A DNA stretch of 64,000 nucleotides from a bacterium (GCA_037130265.1 JBAXTI010000001.1:32418-96417); one strand, 5' to 3'; positions 19,965 through 29,167 are shown, counted from the first letter of the stretch. Notes: generated by a model not told the origin, from the sequence alone. Numbers and translations: made by a program.

Positions 19965-20243
19965 TTAGGCCTTCTTGGTCTGCTTGAGGTCGAGCTTCTT
20001 CATTAAACTGTTGTATCGCTTGGTGTCCTTCTTCTGGAGGTACTTCATGTGGTTCTGTCGATCAGCAACCATCTGGAGGAGACCTCGTCGAGAGTGTCGG
20101 TCCTTTGCGTGCTTCTTCAAATGGCCAGCCAATTCTTCAATTCGCTTGGTCAAAATGGAAATCTGCGCCTCAGGAGAGCCAGTATCCGTGTCGTGGAGCT
20201 GGACTGCTTTGAGTATCTTGGCTTTTTTCGTTGAAGTAATCAT
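19965..20243 (-). CDS. rpsO: 30S ribosomal protein S15
   Basis: DTGSPEAQISILT...HAKDRHSRRGLL. Confidence 0.98.
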   Translation of the reverse strand: MITSTKKAKILKAVQLHDTDTGSPEAQISILTKRIEELAGHLKKHAKDRHSRRGLLQMVADRQNHMKYLQKKDTKRYNSLMKKLDLKQTKKA

Positions 20244-20418
20244 CCCAAATAGGATAGCATGAAAGCCTAAAAAATGCAAGGGTTGAGCGACAAAGCGGCT
20301 GTTTCAGGAGTAAATTTCGTTTTTAAACGGCCTACATAAAGGCTGGTTCCGAAAATGGGCTTGTCGGCGGGATATTGTGCGACATTGGTGGGTAGTCGCG
20401 TGATATAATTGAGCGATC

Positions 20419-21411
20419 ATGTCCGACCTCCATCAGCTCAAGCGCGAGTTTCTCGAGTACACCGAGATCGAAAAGGGTCGCAGTTTGAAAACGGTGGCCA
20501 ACTACGAGCGTTATTTGGATCGATTTTTGTCATACAGCAAGCTGAAGGATCCTGCGGGAGTGACGGACGATGTGTTGCGAGAATATCGATTGTGGCTCAA
20601 TCGACAGGCGGCAACGAAGACCCGCGACGGGCGCGTGGCCACAACGCTGAAAAAGAAGAGTCAGAACTACTATTTGATCGCGCTGAGGTCTTTTTTGAAA
20701 TATTGCGCCCGTCGCGGGGTGAAATCATTGGCTCCGGAGCGTATTGAGCTCGCCAAGGTGGCTGAACGTTCACTAGATTTGATCAGTGCCGACGAACTCA
20801 AACGATTGATGCATGCCGCCGATGATGCGGCCAACAAGGGCGACTTGAAAGGTTTGCGTGACAAGGCGATGATGGAGCTACTCTTCTCTACTGGTCTACG
20901 TGTGTCTGAGCTCTGTTCCCTCTCGCGCGATCTCGATCTCCGAGCAGACGAATTTTCTGTGCGAGGCAAGGGTGAGAAGGTGCGCGTCGTCTTTTTGTCC
21001 GAGTCGGCGCGCCAGGCGGTGAAGAAATACCTCGATAAGCGCGTCGACATGGACGACGCGCTATTTGTCCAGGCTGCAGGACCAATTGGCTTGAAAAAAT
21101 GGAAGGAAGATAAGGCTTCGAAGGACAAAAAGGCTGGCAAAAAGGATTTTGGCTCGAACACCACACGCCTCACTGCCCGCTCGGTGGAACGCATCGTCAA
21201 ACATTATGGAGTGAAGGCCGGTATTTCAAAAAAAGTTACTCCGCACGTAATTCGCCACTCCTTTGCCACCGACCTCCTCCAGAACGGTGCTGATCTTCGC
21301 TCTGTGCAGATGCTCCTCGGTCACGCCAACATCGGTACCACCCAGATCTACACACACGTCACAGACAAGCAGCTCCGCGAGGTACACAAGAAGTTTCATA
21401 ATCGGAAGTAA
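20419..21411 (+). CDS. XerC/XerD-type tyrosine recombinase
   Basis: N-terminal SAM-like domain; catalytic residues intact (TGLRVSEL, RGKG, HVIRHSFAT, LGH, TQIYT). Confidence 0.93.
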   Translation: MSDLHQLKREFLEYTEIEKGRSLKTVANYERYLDRFLSYSKLKDPAGVTDDVLREYRLWLNRQAATKTRDGRVATTLKKKSQNYYLIALRSFLKYCARRGVKSLAPERIELAKVAERSLDLISADELKRLMHAADDAANKGDLKGLRDKAMMELLFSTGLRVSELCSLSRDLDLRADEFSVRGKGEKVRVVFLSESARQAVKKYLDKRVDMDDALFVQAAGPIGLKKWKEDKASKDKKAGKKDFGSNTTRLTARSVERIVKHYGVKAGISKKVTPHVIRHSFATDLLQNGADLRSVQMLLGHANIGTTQIYTHVTDKQLREVHKKFHNRK

Positions 21412-21500
21412 TCTCCCGTAGCAGTGTAAATAGCGAGGAAGAGATAGGTGCGATATGCTTTGGGTACGTTATTACATTACATATATAATCCACGAACACT

Positions 21501-21983
21501 ATGGCAATTGAAGGAGAAGAAAGAAGTTTCGAACAGAGTGACGTGACGTCTCTCGATGCGGTCCGGCGAGAAGTTGCTGAAAAATTTGATAATAACCCAG
21601 AAGGCGCGTATCAAACGCTCAAGCGGTATCTTGATGCTGCGATAGATAAGCGAAGGGCTTCGCTCAAGCAAGGTCTTCTCTCAAACCCTGATATTTCCGC
21701 AGACGATTCCCTTGCCTTTGATGACTTGGTAAACGAGGCTCTGCGTCGCGCCTGTGCCGATGATGTGGAGATTGCTGGTATCACCGACGATATGCGTGCT
21801 ATTCGGAAAGCGCAGGCTGTAGAGGCTGCAAATGAGAAGCGAGCACGAAATGGTGAGGTGGAGGAGTCGAATCTGCAAGCGGCAATCGCAAAACTGCGCG
21901 ATTTTCGAGACAATCTTGAGAGGCTCGGGCTCGACACTGTTCAGGAGGATGCCGCGCTGGCTTCTTTGAAGCGGGTGAAATAA
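21501..21983 (+). CDS. Hypothetical helical protein
   Basis: 160 aa ORF with upstream TATAAT; no recognisable motif. Confidence 0.6.
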   Translation: MAIEGEERSFEQSDVTSLDAVRREVAEKFDNNPEGAYQTLKRYLDAAIDKRRASLKQGLLSNPDISADDSLAFDDLVNEALRRACADDVEIAGITDDMRAIRKAQAVEAANEKRARNGEVEESNLQAAIAKLRDFRDNLERLGLDTVQEDAALASLKRVK

Positions 21984-22006
21984 TTTCCGCAACAAAACGA
22001 TCTGCG

Positions 22007-22037
22007 AGAAAAAGGCGCACTAGTTGCGCTTTTTTCT
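22007..22037. terminator. Bidirectional intrinsic terminator
   Basis: AGAAAAAGGCGCA-CTAGT-TGCGCTTTTTTCT between convergent genes. Confidence 0.75.
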
Positions 22038-23357
22038 TTACTTTGCAATAACACTTCCCTCAAAAGCAGTTCCAATCATTGTCGAGCCACCGAACTTAAT
22101 TCCCCCCACAGAAGAGCTCCCTGCTGGCATCGTCACATTTATTGTGCAAGCATTACGACCAAGTCCTGTTCGGTTGACTACAGAACCTCCCCACGAGTTC
22201 ACCAAAGAACAGTCAAGGTCTTGTGCTCCATGATTGCTGGAGTTAGAAATGGTTCGTTTTGATGCAATAAAATTTGCTGAGGCTACTACCTGTGATGCAG
22301 GTGCTTTATCGAGTTTAATCCAGAAAGAATTTGAAATTATTTCCGAAGGGCGACTGCGTTGATATGTTGTACCACTCACATGTTGTTCCGTGTAATGCCC
22401 AGCTGATAAATTACCGTTCATTTGCTCAGCATCACTAGTGCCTGTATCTATCCCCACTTCTGGTTTGCTCGTGAGGAGTGTCTGTACTACTGCTCCCCCA
22501 TTGTTTACATCCATTTGATATAGTTTTCTCGTACCGCCGCTAAGAATGTCGTCCTTCACTGTTCCACCGACTGTTTCAAGGCACTGTATCTGTCTCCCGT
22601 TTGTGCGACTGACATAGGTGGTTTTGTATGATGAGGAGTAGTTGTAAGTGCCGTCATGGTCTGAATCATCAAGTTGAATTTGGACAAAAGTACTTATCGG
22701 CAAAAATGGTTTAATCACAATCCCTACACAAGTCGACGCAGGAAATGGGCCGTTTAGTCCTGGAGCAACCTTCGTGATGAGAACATTAAGTGGTCCGAAG
22801 ACGCCATTATTTGGTCCGCCGTCAAATTCTGCATAGTCGTACCTCATGTCATTTCCATAAGAAAACTTTTCCGGAAAGATCTTGCCGTTTATTATCTGGG
22901 GTAAAACGACAACACCCGTGCCTTTGTCATTGTAGCTGTAGCTCGTGAGGTTAAATGTTCCAGGACCAGTGATTGTGGGGCCAGCAGGCTGAACCTGTAC
23001 GGTGTCGGAGGTTGTCAGTTTAATACTACTCAAAGCGCAAATTGTGTTTGCTGGAGAATCAAACATCTGTGTCGGAGCACCTTTCCTCGCAGTAATAATT
23101 ACCGGAGAATTACCGCATGTTGTGCTGCCGAGTTTCCCGTCTTTTGCGTCTGAGTGATGATGCATTGTTCCAATAGGGATGTTGCCGCTAGATGCCATTG
23201 TTGACGCCTCTATTACCGCAGCCGGTTGACCCATTTCACCCACGGCCCCCTTATTGTTTGTCCACTGGAGTGTAACCAGTGTCAATATCCCAGCAACCAC
23301 AACGATGAGGCCTGTTTGCAAGAGAGACTTCCCAACCTTTTTGTTTTTTGGAATCAT
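22038..23357 (-). CDS. Membrane-anchored extracellular hypothetical protein
   Basis: 439 aa; N-terminal TM, Gly/Ser/Thr-rich, several Cys; visibly more AT-rich than flanks. Confidence 0.7.
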   Translation of the reverse strand: MIPKNKKVGKSLLQTGLIVVVAGILTLVTLQWTNNKGAVGEMGQPAAVIEASTMASSGNIPIGTMHHHSDAKDGKLGSTTCGNSPVIITARKGAPTQMFDSPANTICALSSIKLTTSDTVQVQPAGPTITGPGTFNLTSYSYNDKGTGVVVLPQIINGKIFPEKFSYGNDMRYDYAEFDGGPNNGVFGPLNVLITKVAPGLNGPFPASTCVGIVIKPFLPISTFVQIQLDDSDHDGTYNYSSSYKTTYVSRTNGRQIQCLETVGGTVKDDILSGGTRKLYQMDVNNGGAVVQTLLTSKPEVGIDTGTSDAEQMNGNLSAGHYTEQHVSGTTYQRSRPSEIISNSFWIKLDKAPASQVVASANFIASKRTISNSSNHGAQDLDCSLVNSWGGSVVNRTGLGRNACTINVTMPAGSSSVGGIKFGGSTMIGTAFEGSVIAK

Positions 23358-23680
23358 GATGAGTATATATTAACATACAGATTAAGTGTCGACAGCTAAT
23401 GGATTAGTGGGATAATGTTCCAGACTTGTGACATCCGCTGTCTCTGCTGAGCTGAACGAAGTATGTTGTTTGGAGGTTGTCGACCTACTGTCGATGGCTG
23501 TTCGGTCCACTCCACTCCCCATCATTCGTTGAGGCTGATCGCATCGAGCATTCTTTATAGTAGATCCGCTACATCCCCACACCCCCCCCCGCCAATTTGG
23601 CCGGGGTGTTTTATATTCAAAAATCACCAGAGGCTCGGAAAGATTTTGCGTTCCTTCCTTTTTCCGCTACACTTCCCTAC

Positions 23681-24475
23681 ATGCGAATCATCTCCTGGAA
23701 TGTGAACGGTATCCGTGCGGTGCATAAAAAGGGACTATTTGTGCCGTTTATCGAAAAATATCAACCGGATATTCTTTGTTTGCAGGAAACGAAAGCACAG
23801 GAGGAGCAGTCTGATGTGGATTTGGCTGAATACAGTGAATATTGGAACTCTGCGGTGAAGAAGGGCTATTCTGGCACGGCAATTTTCACCAAGGAGAAGC
23901 CGCTGGCAGTGCTCAATGGCTTGCCCGAGGCTATTGTGAAGAAACACGGCCTCTGTGCGGATGAGTATGGCGACCCCTTGAGCGAAGGTCGTGTCATTGC
24001 TGCTGAGTATGCTGATTTTTATGTGGTCACTGTCTATACGCCGAATGCCAAGGATGATTTAAGTCGTGTGCCGTTGCGTCACAAGCAATGGGACCCCGCT
24101 TTTCTTTCATACTGCAAGCTGCTCGAGAATAAAAAGCCGGTGATCTTCTGCGGCGATCTCAACGTGGCTCATACTCCAGATGACCTCGCTCGTCCAAAGG
24201 AGAATGTTGGCCTGAAGGGTTTTACCGATGAGGAGCGCGCTGGTTTTCAGGCTTTTGTCGATGCTGGATTCGTCGACACCTTCCGCGTCTTTCACAAAGG
24301 CAACGGTTTCTATACTTGGTGGTCCCATTTTGCCAATGCCCGAGAGAGAAATGTTGGTTGGCGTATTGATTATGTGTTGATCTCCCCTGCCCTGCTGCCA
24401 CGTTTGAAAGTCGCCGAGATTCTTCCCGAAGTGATGGGGTCTGATCACTGTCCGGTGATGGTTGAGGTGGAATAG
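23681..24475 (+). CDS. xth: Exodeoxyribonuclease III / AP endonuclease
   Basis: ISWNVNGIR, LCLQETK, GDLNVAH, GWRIDY, SDHCPV. Confidence 0.96.
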   Translation: MRIISWNVNGIRAVHKKGLFVPFIEKYQPDILCLQETKAQEEQSDVDLAEYSEYWNSAVKKGYSGTAIFTKEKPLAVLNGLPEAIVKKHGLCADEYGDPLSEGRVIAAEYADFYVVTVYTPNAKDDLSRVPLRHKQWDPAFLSYCKLLENKKPVIFCGDLNVAHTPDDLARPKENVGLKGFTDEERAGFQAFVDAGFVDTFRVFHKGNGFYTWWSHFANARERNVGWRIDYVLISPALLPRLKVAEILPEVMGSDHCPVMVEVE

Positions 24476-24520
24476 CAAAAAGAAAAAGACGAAGTCTGCG
24501 GAGTTAGAAGGTATAAAAAC

Positions 24521-24548
24521 AAAGCGGCGTCCGTGGGGCGCCGCTCTT
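24521..24548. terminator. Intrinsic terminator
   Basis: AGCGGCGTCC-GTG-GGGCGCCGCT hairpin between xth and a convergent small ORF. Confidence 0.65.
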
Positions 24549-24571
24549 CGTTTCGTATGGGCAAGAGGGGT

Positions 24572-24706
24572 CTAGTCTCTGCAGTGAATGGGTGCATGTG
24601 ATGGTTCTCGAGAACCTGCACGCAGCGCGAGTATCCACAAGGGACTTCGGGGGATGCAGGCCTTTTTTTTCGCGCCTACAGGCTTCTTTACGAGTTTTTT
24701 CGCCAT
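24572..24706 (-). CDS. Small basic hypothetical protein (44 aa)
   Basis: MAKKLVKKPVGAKKKAC...; GGAGGA RBS just upstream and TACAAT -10 at 24738..24743. Confidence 0.45.
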   Translation of the reverse strand: MAKKLVKKPVGAKKKACIPRSPLWILALRAGSREPSHAPIHCRD

Positions 24707-24780
24707 AGTATCCTCCAGTGTTGACCGACTACGACTAATTGTACGCTGGATAAAGGACACAACAAGTAAGTTATCCACAG

Positions 24781-24812
24781 TATGTCCTTTACAGCATTTT
24801 ATAAAGGACATA
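24781..24812. promoter_or_regulatory. Operator-like inverted repeat TATGTCCTTTA-N10-TAAAGGACATA next to a DnaA box
   Basis: Perfect 11-bp arms; extra half-site at 24751; TTATCCACA at 24771..24779. Confidence 0.55.
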
Positions 24813-25102
24813 CAATCATCTCAGGCCAGAAATTCAATGGGACAAAACAGATTGGGAACCAAGGTCCGAATCTCACCCAGAACTGGCAAATGTTCTTCTA
24901 CAACTAACGAGTAACAACGCTCGTAATCTAGAAGACCAAACGGAACTCTAAGAGACATTTTGAAGTCGTCAATCGCAGCGCACAAGTATCCTTCTACAAC
25001 CTTTTTAAGTCCTTTAAGGACTAATTTAACCAAAGAAGGCGATCACTTTCGCAGCAGAATCAACTTCATTTTCAGTCTCAACACTGTTCGTAGCGGTCTT
25101 CG

Positions 25103-25138
25103 AACCGCATACAGTACTCTCGCTGTGGCGGTTTTTTT
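25103..25138 (+). terminator. Intrinsic terminator
   Basis: ACCGCATACAG...CTGTGGCGGT followed by a T run. Confidence 0.6.
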
Positions 25139-25185
25139 GTTTGTATAAAACACCAAAACGTTGATATTTGTACTCTCTTTTCCCT

Positions 25186-26658
25186 CTATTCAACCCAGTG
25201 TTTCTTGCGGATTTCAGCTACCACTTCTTCATCAGCCTGCATTTTGGAGTCTTTTCCGGCAGCACCGAGCTTTCGGAGGTCAGCTTCAGGCAAGAGAGCT
25301 AGCTTTTGAGCCTTTTCTTTCAGATATTCGGCTGTATTTAGCTGAGGATCCTCAAGCACTTCCTCTAGGAGGGCATGCAAAATGAAGCCGATCATTGGTC
25401 CTGGTACCAAACCGAGGTCTTTTATCAGAATTCCGCCGTTGATTTTCAACATTCCCACTGAAATTGGGTCGCGCAAGGCCTCTTCAATCATCGCGTGATA
25501 CTTTCGAAGGCGATACGGGTTCTCTTTTGGTCGTCCGGTGCCGATACGATCGCAGATTCGGACATTCATGAGGTCCCAAATATCCTCCTTCCCCACGTTA
25601 TTCACCATTCGACGCACGGCAGAAAGGCTAATCTGTTCGGTATCACTGAAAAACATGTGCCAACGCACGAGTTTAGTGACTTTTTCGATAATATTGTTGG
25701 AGTACTTGAGTCTTTCAAGGATTTTCTTGGTTACACGTGAACCAATCACCTCGTGGCCATAGAAGGTCCACTCCCCTTTTGGCCCCTTCCGGCGAGTCTC
25801 TGGCTTTGAAATGTCGTGAAACAGAGCCGCGATACGGATTTCAAGTGGCCATTTCTTGTCAGCAGCATGCTGCATTGATCGAAGAAGGTGTTCCCAGACG
25901 GTATAGGCATGGGCCTGGTTTTGCTCGATGCCGATGGCAAGCTCGAGTTCGGGGGTGATATATTTCAAAATACCCATGTTTTGAGCCATCACGATACCCT
26001 TCATTGGCTCCGCAGACATGAGGATTCGGTTGAACTCATCGCGAATTCGCTCCTGGGAGATGTTTTTCAGCATATGGACATCGGCACGGATCGCATTTTC
26101 AGTGTCCTTTACAATGCTAAAATCATGCTCAGTCGCAATTCGTACTGCGCGCAAGATACGAAGTGCATCTTCCTTGAAACGCTCGTCTGCGTTGCCTACA
26201 GCTCGAATGGTGCGAGCTTTTAGGTCGTCCTGTCCATTAAAGAGATCCACAATCTCCCCTTTTGAACTGATTGCAATCGCATTGAAGGTAAAATCACGGC
26301 GTCTGAGATCGTCTTCGATGTTTTTGCTGAAGGTCACGTGGTCCGGGCGGCGACCATCTGAATATTCTGCCTCGAGTCGGAATGGTGTCACCTCAACTAC
26401 CTTGAGCGTCTCGTCAATCCCATCTTCCTTGTTCACGACGCCCACTGTTCCAAAGGTATTTTCGTAAAAAGTGTCAGGAAAGAGTGCGATGATCTGCTCC
26501 GGAGTCGCATCAGTGGTCACGTCCCAATCCTTCGGTTTCTTTCCAATCAATAAGTCGCGCACGCAACCACCTACTAAGAAAGCCTTATAATTAGCCTTTT
26601 CTAGCGTCTCTGTGACACGTGAAACTTCTTTTGGAATCGAAAAGGAGGTGTTTTTCAT
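25186..26658 (-). CDS. cca: CCA-adding tRNA nucleotidyltransferase with HD domain
   Basis: LVGGCVRD, DWDVTT, EDDLRRRDFTFNA, RFKEDALRILR, LFHDISK. Confidence 0.93.
   Translation of the reverse strand: MKNTSFSIPKEVSRVTETLEKANYKAFLVGGCVRDLLIGKKPKDWDVTTDATPEQIIALFPDTFYENTFGTVGVVNKEDGIDETLKVVEVTPFRLEAEYSDGRRPDHVTFSKNIEDDLRRRDFTFNAIAISSKGEIVDLFNGQDDLKARTIRAVGNADERFKEDALRILRAVRIATEHDFSIVKDTENAIRADVHMLKNISQERIRDEFNRILMSAEPMKGIVMAQNMGILKYITPELELAIGIEQNQAHAYTVWEHLLRSMQHAADKKWPLEIRIAALFHDISKPETRRKGPKGEWTFYGHEVIGSRVTKKILERLKYSNNIIEKVTKLVRWHMFFSDTEQISLSAVRRMVNNVGKEDIWDLMNVRICDRIGTGRPKENPYRLRKYHAMIEEALRDPISVGMLKINGGILIKDLGLVPGPMIGFILHALLEEVLEDPQLNTAEYLKEKAQKLALLPEADLRKLGAAGKDSKMQADEEVVAEIRKKHWVE
25729..25744. 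promoter_or_regulatory. parS-like site (inside cca)
   Basis: GGTTACACGTGAACCA, 2 mismatches to TGTTNCACGTGAAACA. Confidence 0.55.
26611..26626. promoter_or_regulatory. parS-like site (inside 5' end of cca)
   Basis: TGTGACACGTGAAACT, 2 mismatches. Confidence 0.6.
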
Positions 26659-26772
26659 AATGTGTAAGAGGAAAGGCGGCGAGCAAACAGAACTGTTCCC
26701 TCTCGGATTTGTCTCTATATTTTAGTATAGCTTTTGTGTTTTAGCTAATTTTAGAGTATGATGCATTTGTTT

Positions 26773-26844
26773 GCACCTATAGTGAAACGGATATCACAAC
26801 GGTCTTCGGAACCGTTAGTTCAGGTTCGAGTCCTGATGGGTGCA
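26773..26844 (+). tRNA. tRNA-Arg (anticodon TCG)
   Basis: Acceptor GCACCTA/TGGGTGC, anticodon arm ACGGT-CTTCGGA-ACCGT, GGTTCGAGTCC T-arm; CCA not encoded. Confidence 0.95.
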
Positions 26845-26942
26845 CCTGTAGCGCGTCGCCTCTATCCCCTTTGCGGGAGATATGTGCTCGACCAACACGG
26901 ACTTGTTGAATTTTTTCACAAGTGAGGTAAAATAGTCGCATT

Positions 26943-27013
26943 GCGGTCATGGTTTAGTGGTAGAACACGACCTTGCCAAGGTTGAGATGAGAGTTCGATT
27001 CTCTCTGACCGCA
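26943..27013 (+). tRNA. tRNA-Gly (anticodon GCC)
   Basis: Acceptor GCGGTCA/TGACCGC, CGACC-TTGCCAA-GGTTG, GAGAG-TTCGATT-CTCTC. Confidence 0.96.
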
Positions 27014-27176
27014 CAAAGTAGAAGGTCTCGATGAGATGTGTTATGTGTCCAAAAGATGCTGTTCTGTCCTATATTCATAGCACCACGAAGAATCCTCGAA
27101 GTGTTGAGTTCGGTAATGTTTCCCAAGAAATAAGCAGGCGGATCTAGGGGTATTCAATCCCCATGATTGACAGAAC

Positions 27177-27206
27177 TGGGGATAACTATGTGTACACTGT
27201 GTATAA
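27177..27206 (-). promoter_or_regulatory. DnaA-box-like cluster in a 377-bp intergenic region
   Basis: TTATCCCCA (27177..27185) and TTATACACA (27198..27206) on the minus strand with a degenerate box between. Confidence 0.45.
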
Positions 27207-27350
27207 AGGACAGCATTTTTATGGCTCAAAATCGTCCCTTACGCACTGTCTCACGGGTCCTTTTTCATTTAAATGGCTCTAATTAGCCCCATTCTAGATT
27301 TGATCCCGAATATCTGTAAAAGACGTAAAAGCAGCGCTATTTTAGAAAAA

Positions 27351-27366
27351 GGTTTCACGTGAAACA
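27351..27366. promoter_or_regulatory. parS site
   Basis: GGTTTCACGTGAAACA, 1 mismatch to consensus; intergenic. Confidence 0.8.
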
Positions 27367-27390
27367 ACCTATCTATGTGTAACAAAACCA

Positions 27391-27762
27391 ATGAATACAA
27401 CGGAAATCGGTAAAAAGGGCGAGGAAATCGCCAAAATGTTTCTTGTGAAACGAGGTTTTTGCCGTTTCGAGGCTAATTTTCGTGAAAAGTGCGGGGAAAT
27501 AGACATTGTTGCACATGAAACATCTACCTGTACTCTCTGGTTCTTTGAGGTGAAGACCGCCTCTGTGAGATCTTTTTACGATGAATTTCGCCCAGAAGAG
27601 AAAGTTGATCGCCGAAAACTGGCAAAGATATATAAGACAATTGAGCTGTACTTGATACGGAAAAGGGTTTCACAAGAAACACCTTGGCAGGTCGGTGTCA
27701 TTTCCGTGCTTATGAATGCGGAAAAGGGGATTGCGAGGGTGTCGTTCATCCCCGTGCATTGA
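27391..27762 (+). CDS. yraN: YraN family PD-(D/E)xK endonuclease; contains 3 parS-like sites (27437, 27507, 27666)
   Basis: GKKGEEIA, NFREKCGEIDIVA, FFEVKT. Confidence 0.9.
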   Translation: MNTTEIGKKGEEIAKMFLVKRGFCRFEANFREKCGEIDIVAHETSTCTLWFFEVKTASVRSFYDEFRPEEKVDRRKLAKIYKTIELYLIRKRVSQETPWQVGVISVLMNAEKGIARVSFIPVH

Positions 27763-27822
27763 AGTTGTAATACTCCTGTGCTAGTATGGTGAAACTCGGT
27801 CGCAGAAAAGTGTTGAAAATAT

Positions 27823-27895
27823 CGGGGCGTGGTGTAACGGCTAACATTCCTGTTTTGGGAACAGGCGACTCAGGGTTCGAATCCCTGCGCCCCGA
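27823..27895 (+). tRNA. tRNA-Pro (anticodon TGG)
   Basis: Acceptor CGGGGCG/CGCCCCG, CCTGT-TTTGGGA-ACAGG, CAGGG-TTCGAAT-CCCTG. Confidence 0.96.
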
Positions 27896-27912
27896 CAATA
27901 GACTCAGTTTTG

Positions 27913-28785
27913 ATGGTGGACACAAGAAAAAAGCTGTCTCCGAAGGAAGTATCTCTGTTTCAGAGGGATGTGTGGGCCTACTATGCCAAAAATAGGCGTT
28001 ATTTCTCGTGGCGAGAGGCAAAACACTACGATGATCCATACAAGATCGTTGTGTCGGAGGTGATGCTACAGCAAACGCAAGCGAGCCGTGTGGTGGGGAA
28101 GTACGAAGAATTTCTGCGAGCGTTTCCGGACTTTACATCGCTTAACCGTGCAACTGTCGCCCAAGTACTCGCTACGTGGCGCGGTCTTGGCTACAACCGC
28201 CGAGCCATTGCGCTGAAAAAGATCGCTGAAATAGTAGTGGAGAAATATGGACGAACGCTCCCGCAGGTCTCTATCCAGGAGCTCGACGCACTGCCTCATA
28301 TTGGGCCTGCCACTGCCTGCTCGATATCAGCCTTTGCCTGGAATACACCAGTGTCTTTTATCGAGACAAATATACGCCGCGTCATCATCCATCGATTCTT
28401 TAAAGACAAAGAAAAAGTGTCCGATAGGGAGATATTGGCCCTGGTTGAGGAAACCCTACCGACTGAGCGCTCTCGAGATTGGTACTACGCCCTTATGGAT
28501 TATGGGTCAATGCTGAAAACGACAATCGAGAATCCAAATCGAAAGAGCGTTCATTATAAAAGACAATCCGCGTTTGTGGGATCGAATCGGCAGGTGAGAG
28601 GGGCGATTCTCGCTGTGCTTGGCGGACCATCCGCAGCGCCATGCACCCAAACTGTCCTTTTGCGAAACGTGCAGAAATACATCGGTATTAAAACAATTTC
28701 TCAAAAGGACATCAATCAAAATATAAAAGTTCTTGCCAAAGAGGGGTTTCTTGCGATCTCTGGGAAACACGTCTCAATCATGTAA
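27913..28785 (+). CDS. mutY: A/G-specific adenine glycosylase, short MutY-like (no FeS motif)
   Basis: PYKIVVSEVMLQQTQ, WRGLGYNRRA, LPHIGPATA HhH, ETNIRRV, YYALMDYG. Confidence 0.88.
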   Translation: MVDTRKKLSPKEVSLFQRDVWAYYAKNRRYFSWREAKHYDDPYKIVVSEVMLQQTQASRVVGKYEEFLRAFPDFTSLNRATVAQVLATWRGLGYNRRAIALKKIAEIVVEKYGRTLPQVSIQELDALPHIGPATACSISAFAWNTPVSFIETNIRRVIIHRFFKDKEKVSDREILALVEETLPTERSRDWYYALMDYGSMLKTTIENPNRKSVHYKRQSAFVGSNRQVRGAILAVLGGPSAAPCTQTVLLRNVQKYIGIKTISQKDINQNIKVLAKEGFLAISGKHVSIM

Positions 28786-28843
28786 CCCTTGTGTGTGGTG
28801 GTAAAAAGTTGAGAAAACACGCTGATTAGGATATGCTCGCTGT

Positions 28844-29161
28844 ATGGCAAAAATCTTTATCCGAAAAATTGAGGACTTCACCTGCGAACACTGCGCCGCT
28901 GCAGTGAAGGGGAATGGCTATACCAATCATTGTCCAGCATGTTTGTGGGCCAAGCATGTCGATATTCAACCGGGGGATCGTGCGAATCCATGTCTTGGTA
29001 TGATGAAGCCCGCGCGCATCGAAACGCAAAAAAGCGAATACGTCCTCTATCACGTCTGTACTCGTTGCGGTAGCGAACGTCGAAATCGAACTTCTCCCAA
29101 CGATTCATTCGACGAAATCCTCCGCATTCAAAAGCAATTTGTAGACTCACAGAAAAAGTAG
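28844..29161 (+). CDS. RNHCP-domain zinc-ribbon protein
   Basis: FTCEHC...YTNHCPACLWAKHVD.PGDRA..C.G.M. Confidence 0.88.
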   Translation: MAKIFIRKIEDFTCEHCAAAVKGNGYTNHCPACLWAKHVDIQPGDRANPCLGMMKPARIETQKSEYVLYHVCTRCGSERRNRTSPNDSFDEILRIQKQFVDSQKK

Positions 29162-29167
29162 TCGCCG

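Noticed and set aside
21412-21500. dif or attI site next to the recombinase
   Set aside because: Only a GGTGCG fragment resembles dif, there is no XerD arm, and nearby parS sites argue against a terminus location.
23582-23590. C9 homopolymer as a phase-variation tract
   Set aside because: It forms part of a hairpin arm and is not in a supported CDS or a clear promoter spacer.
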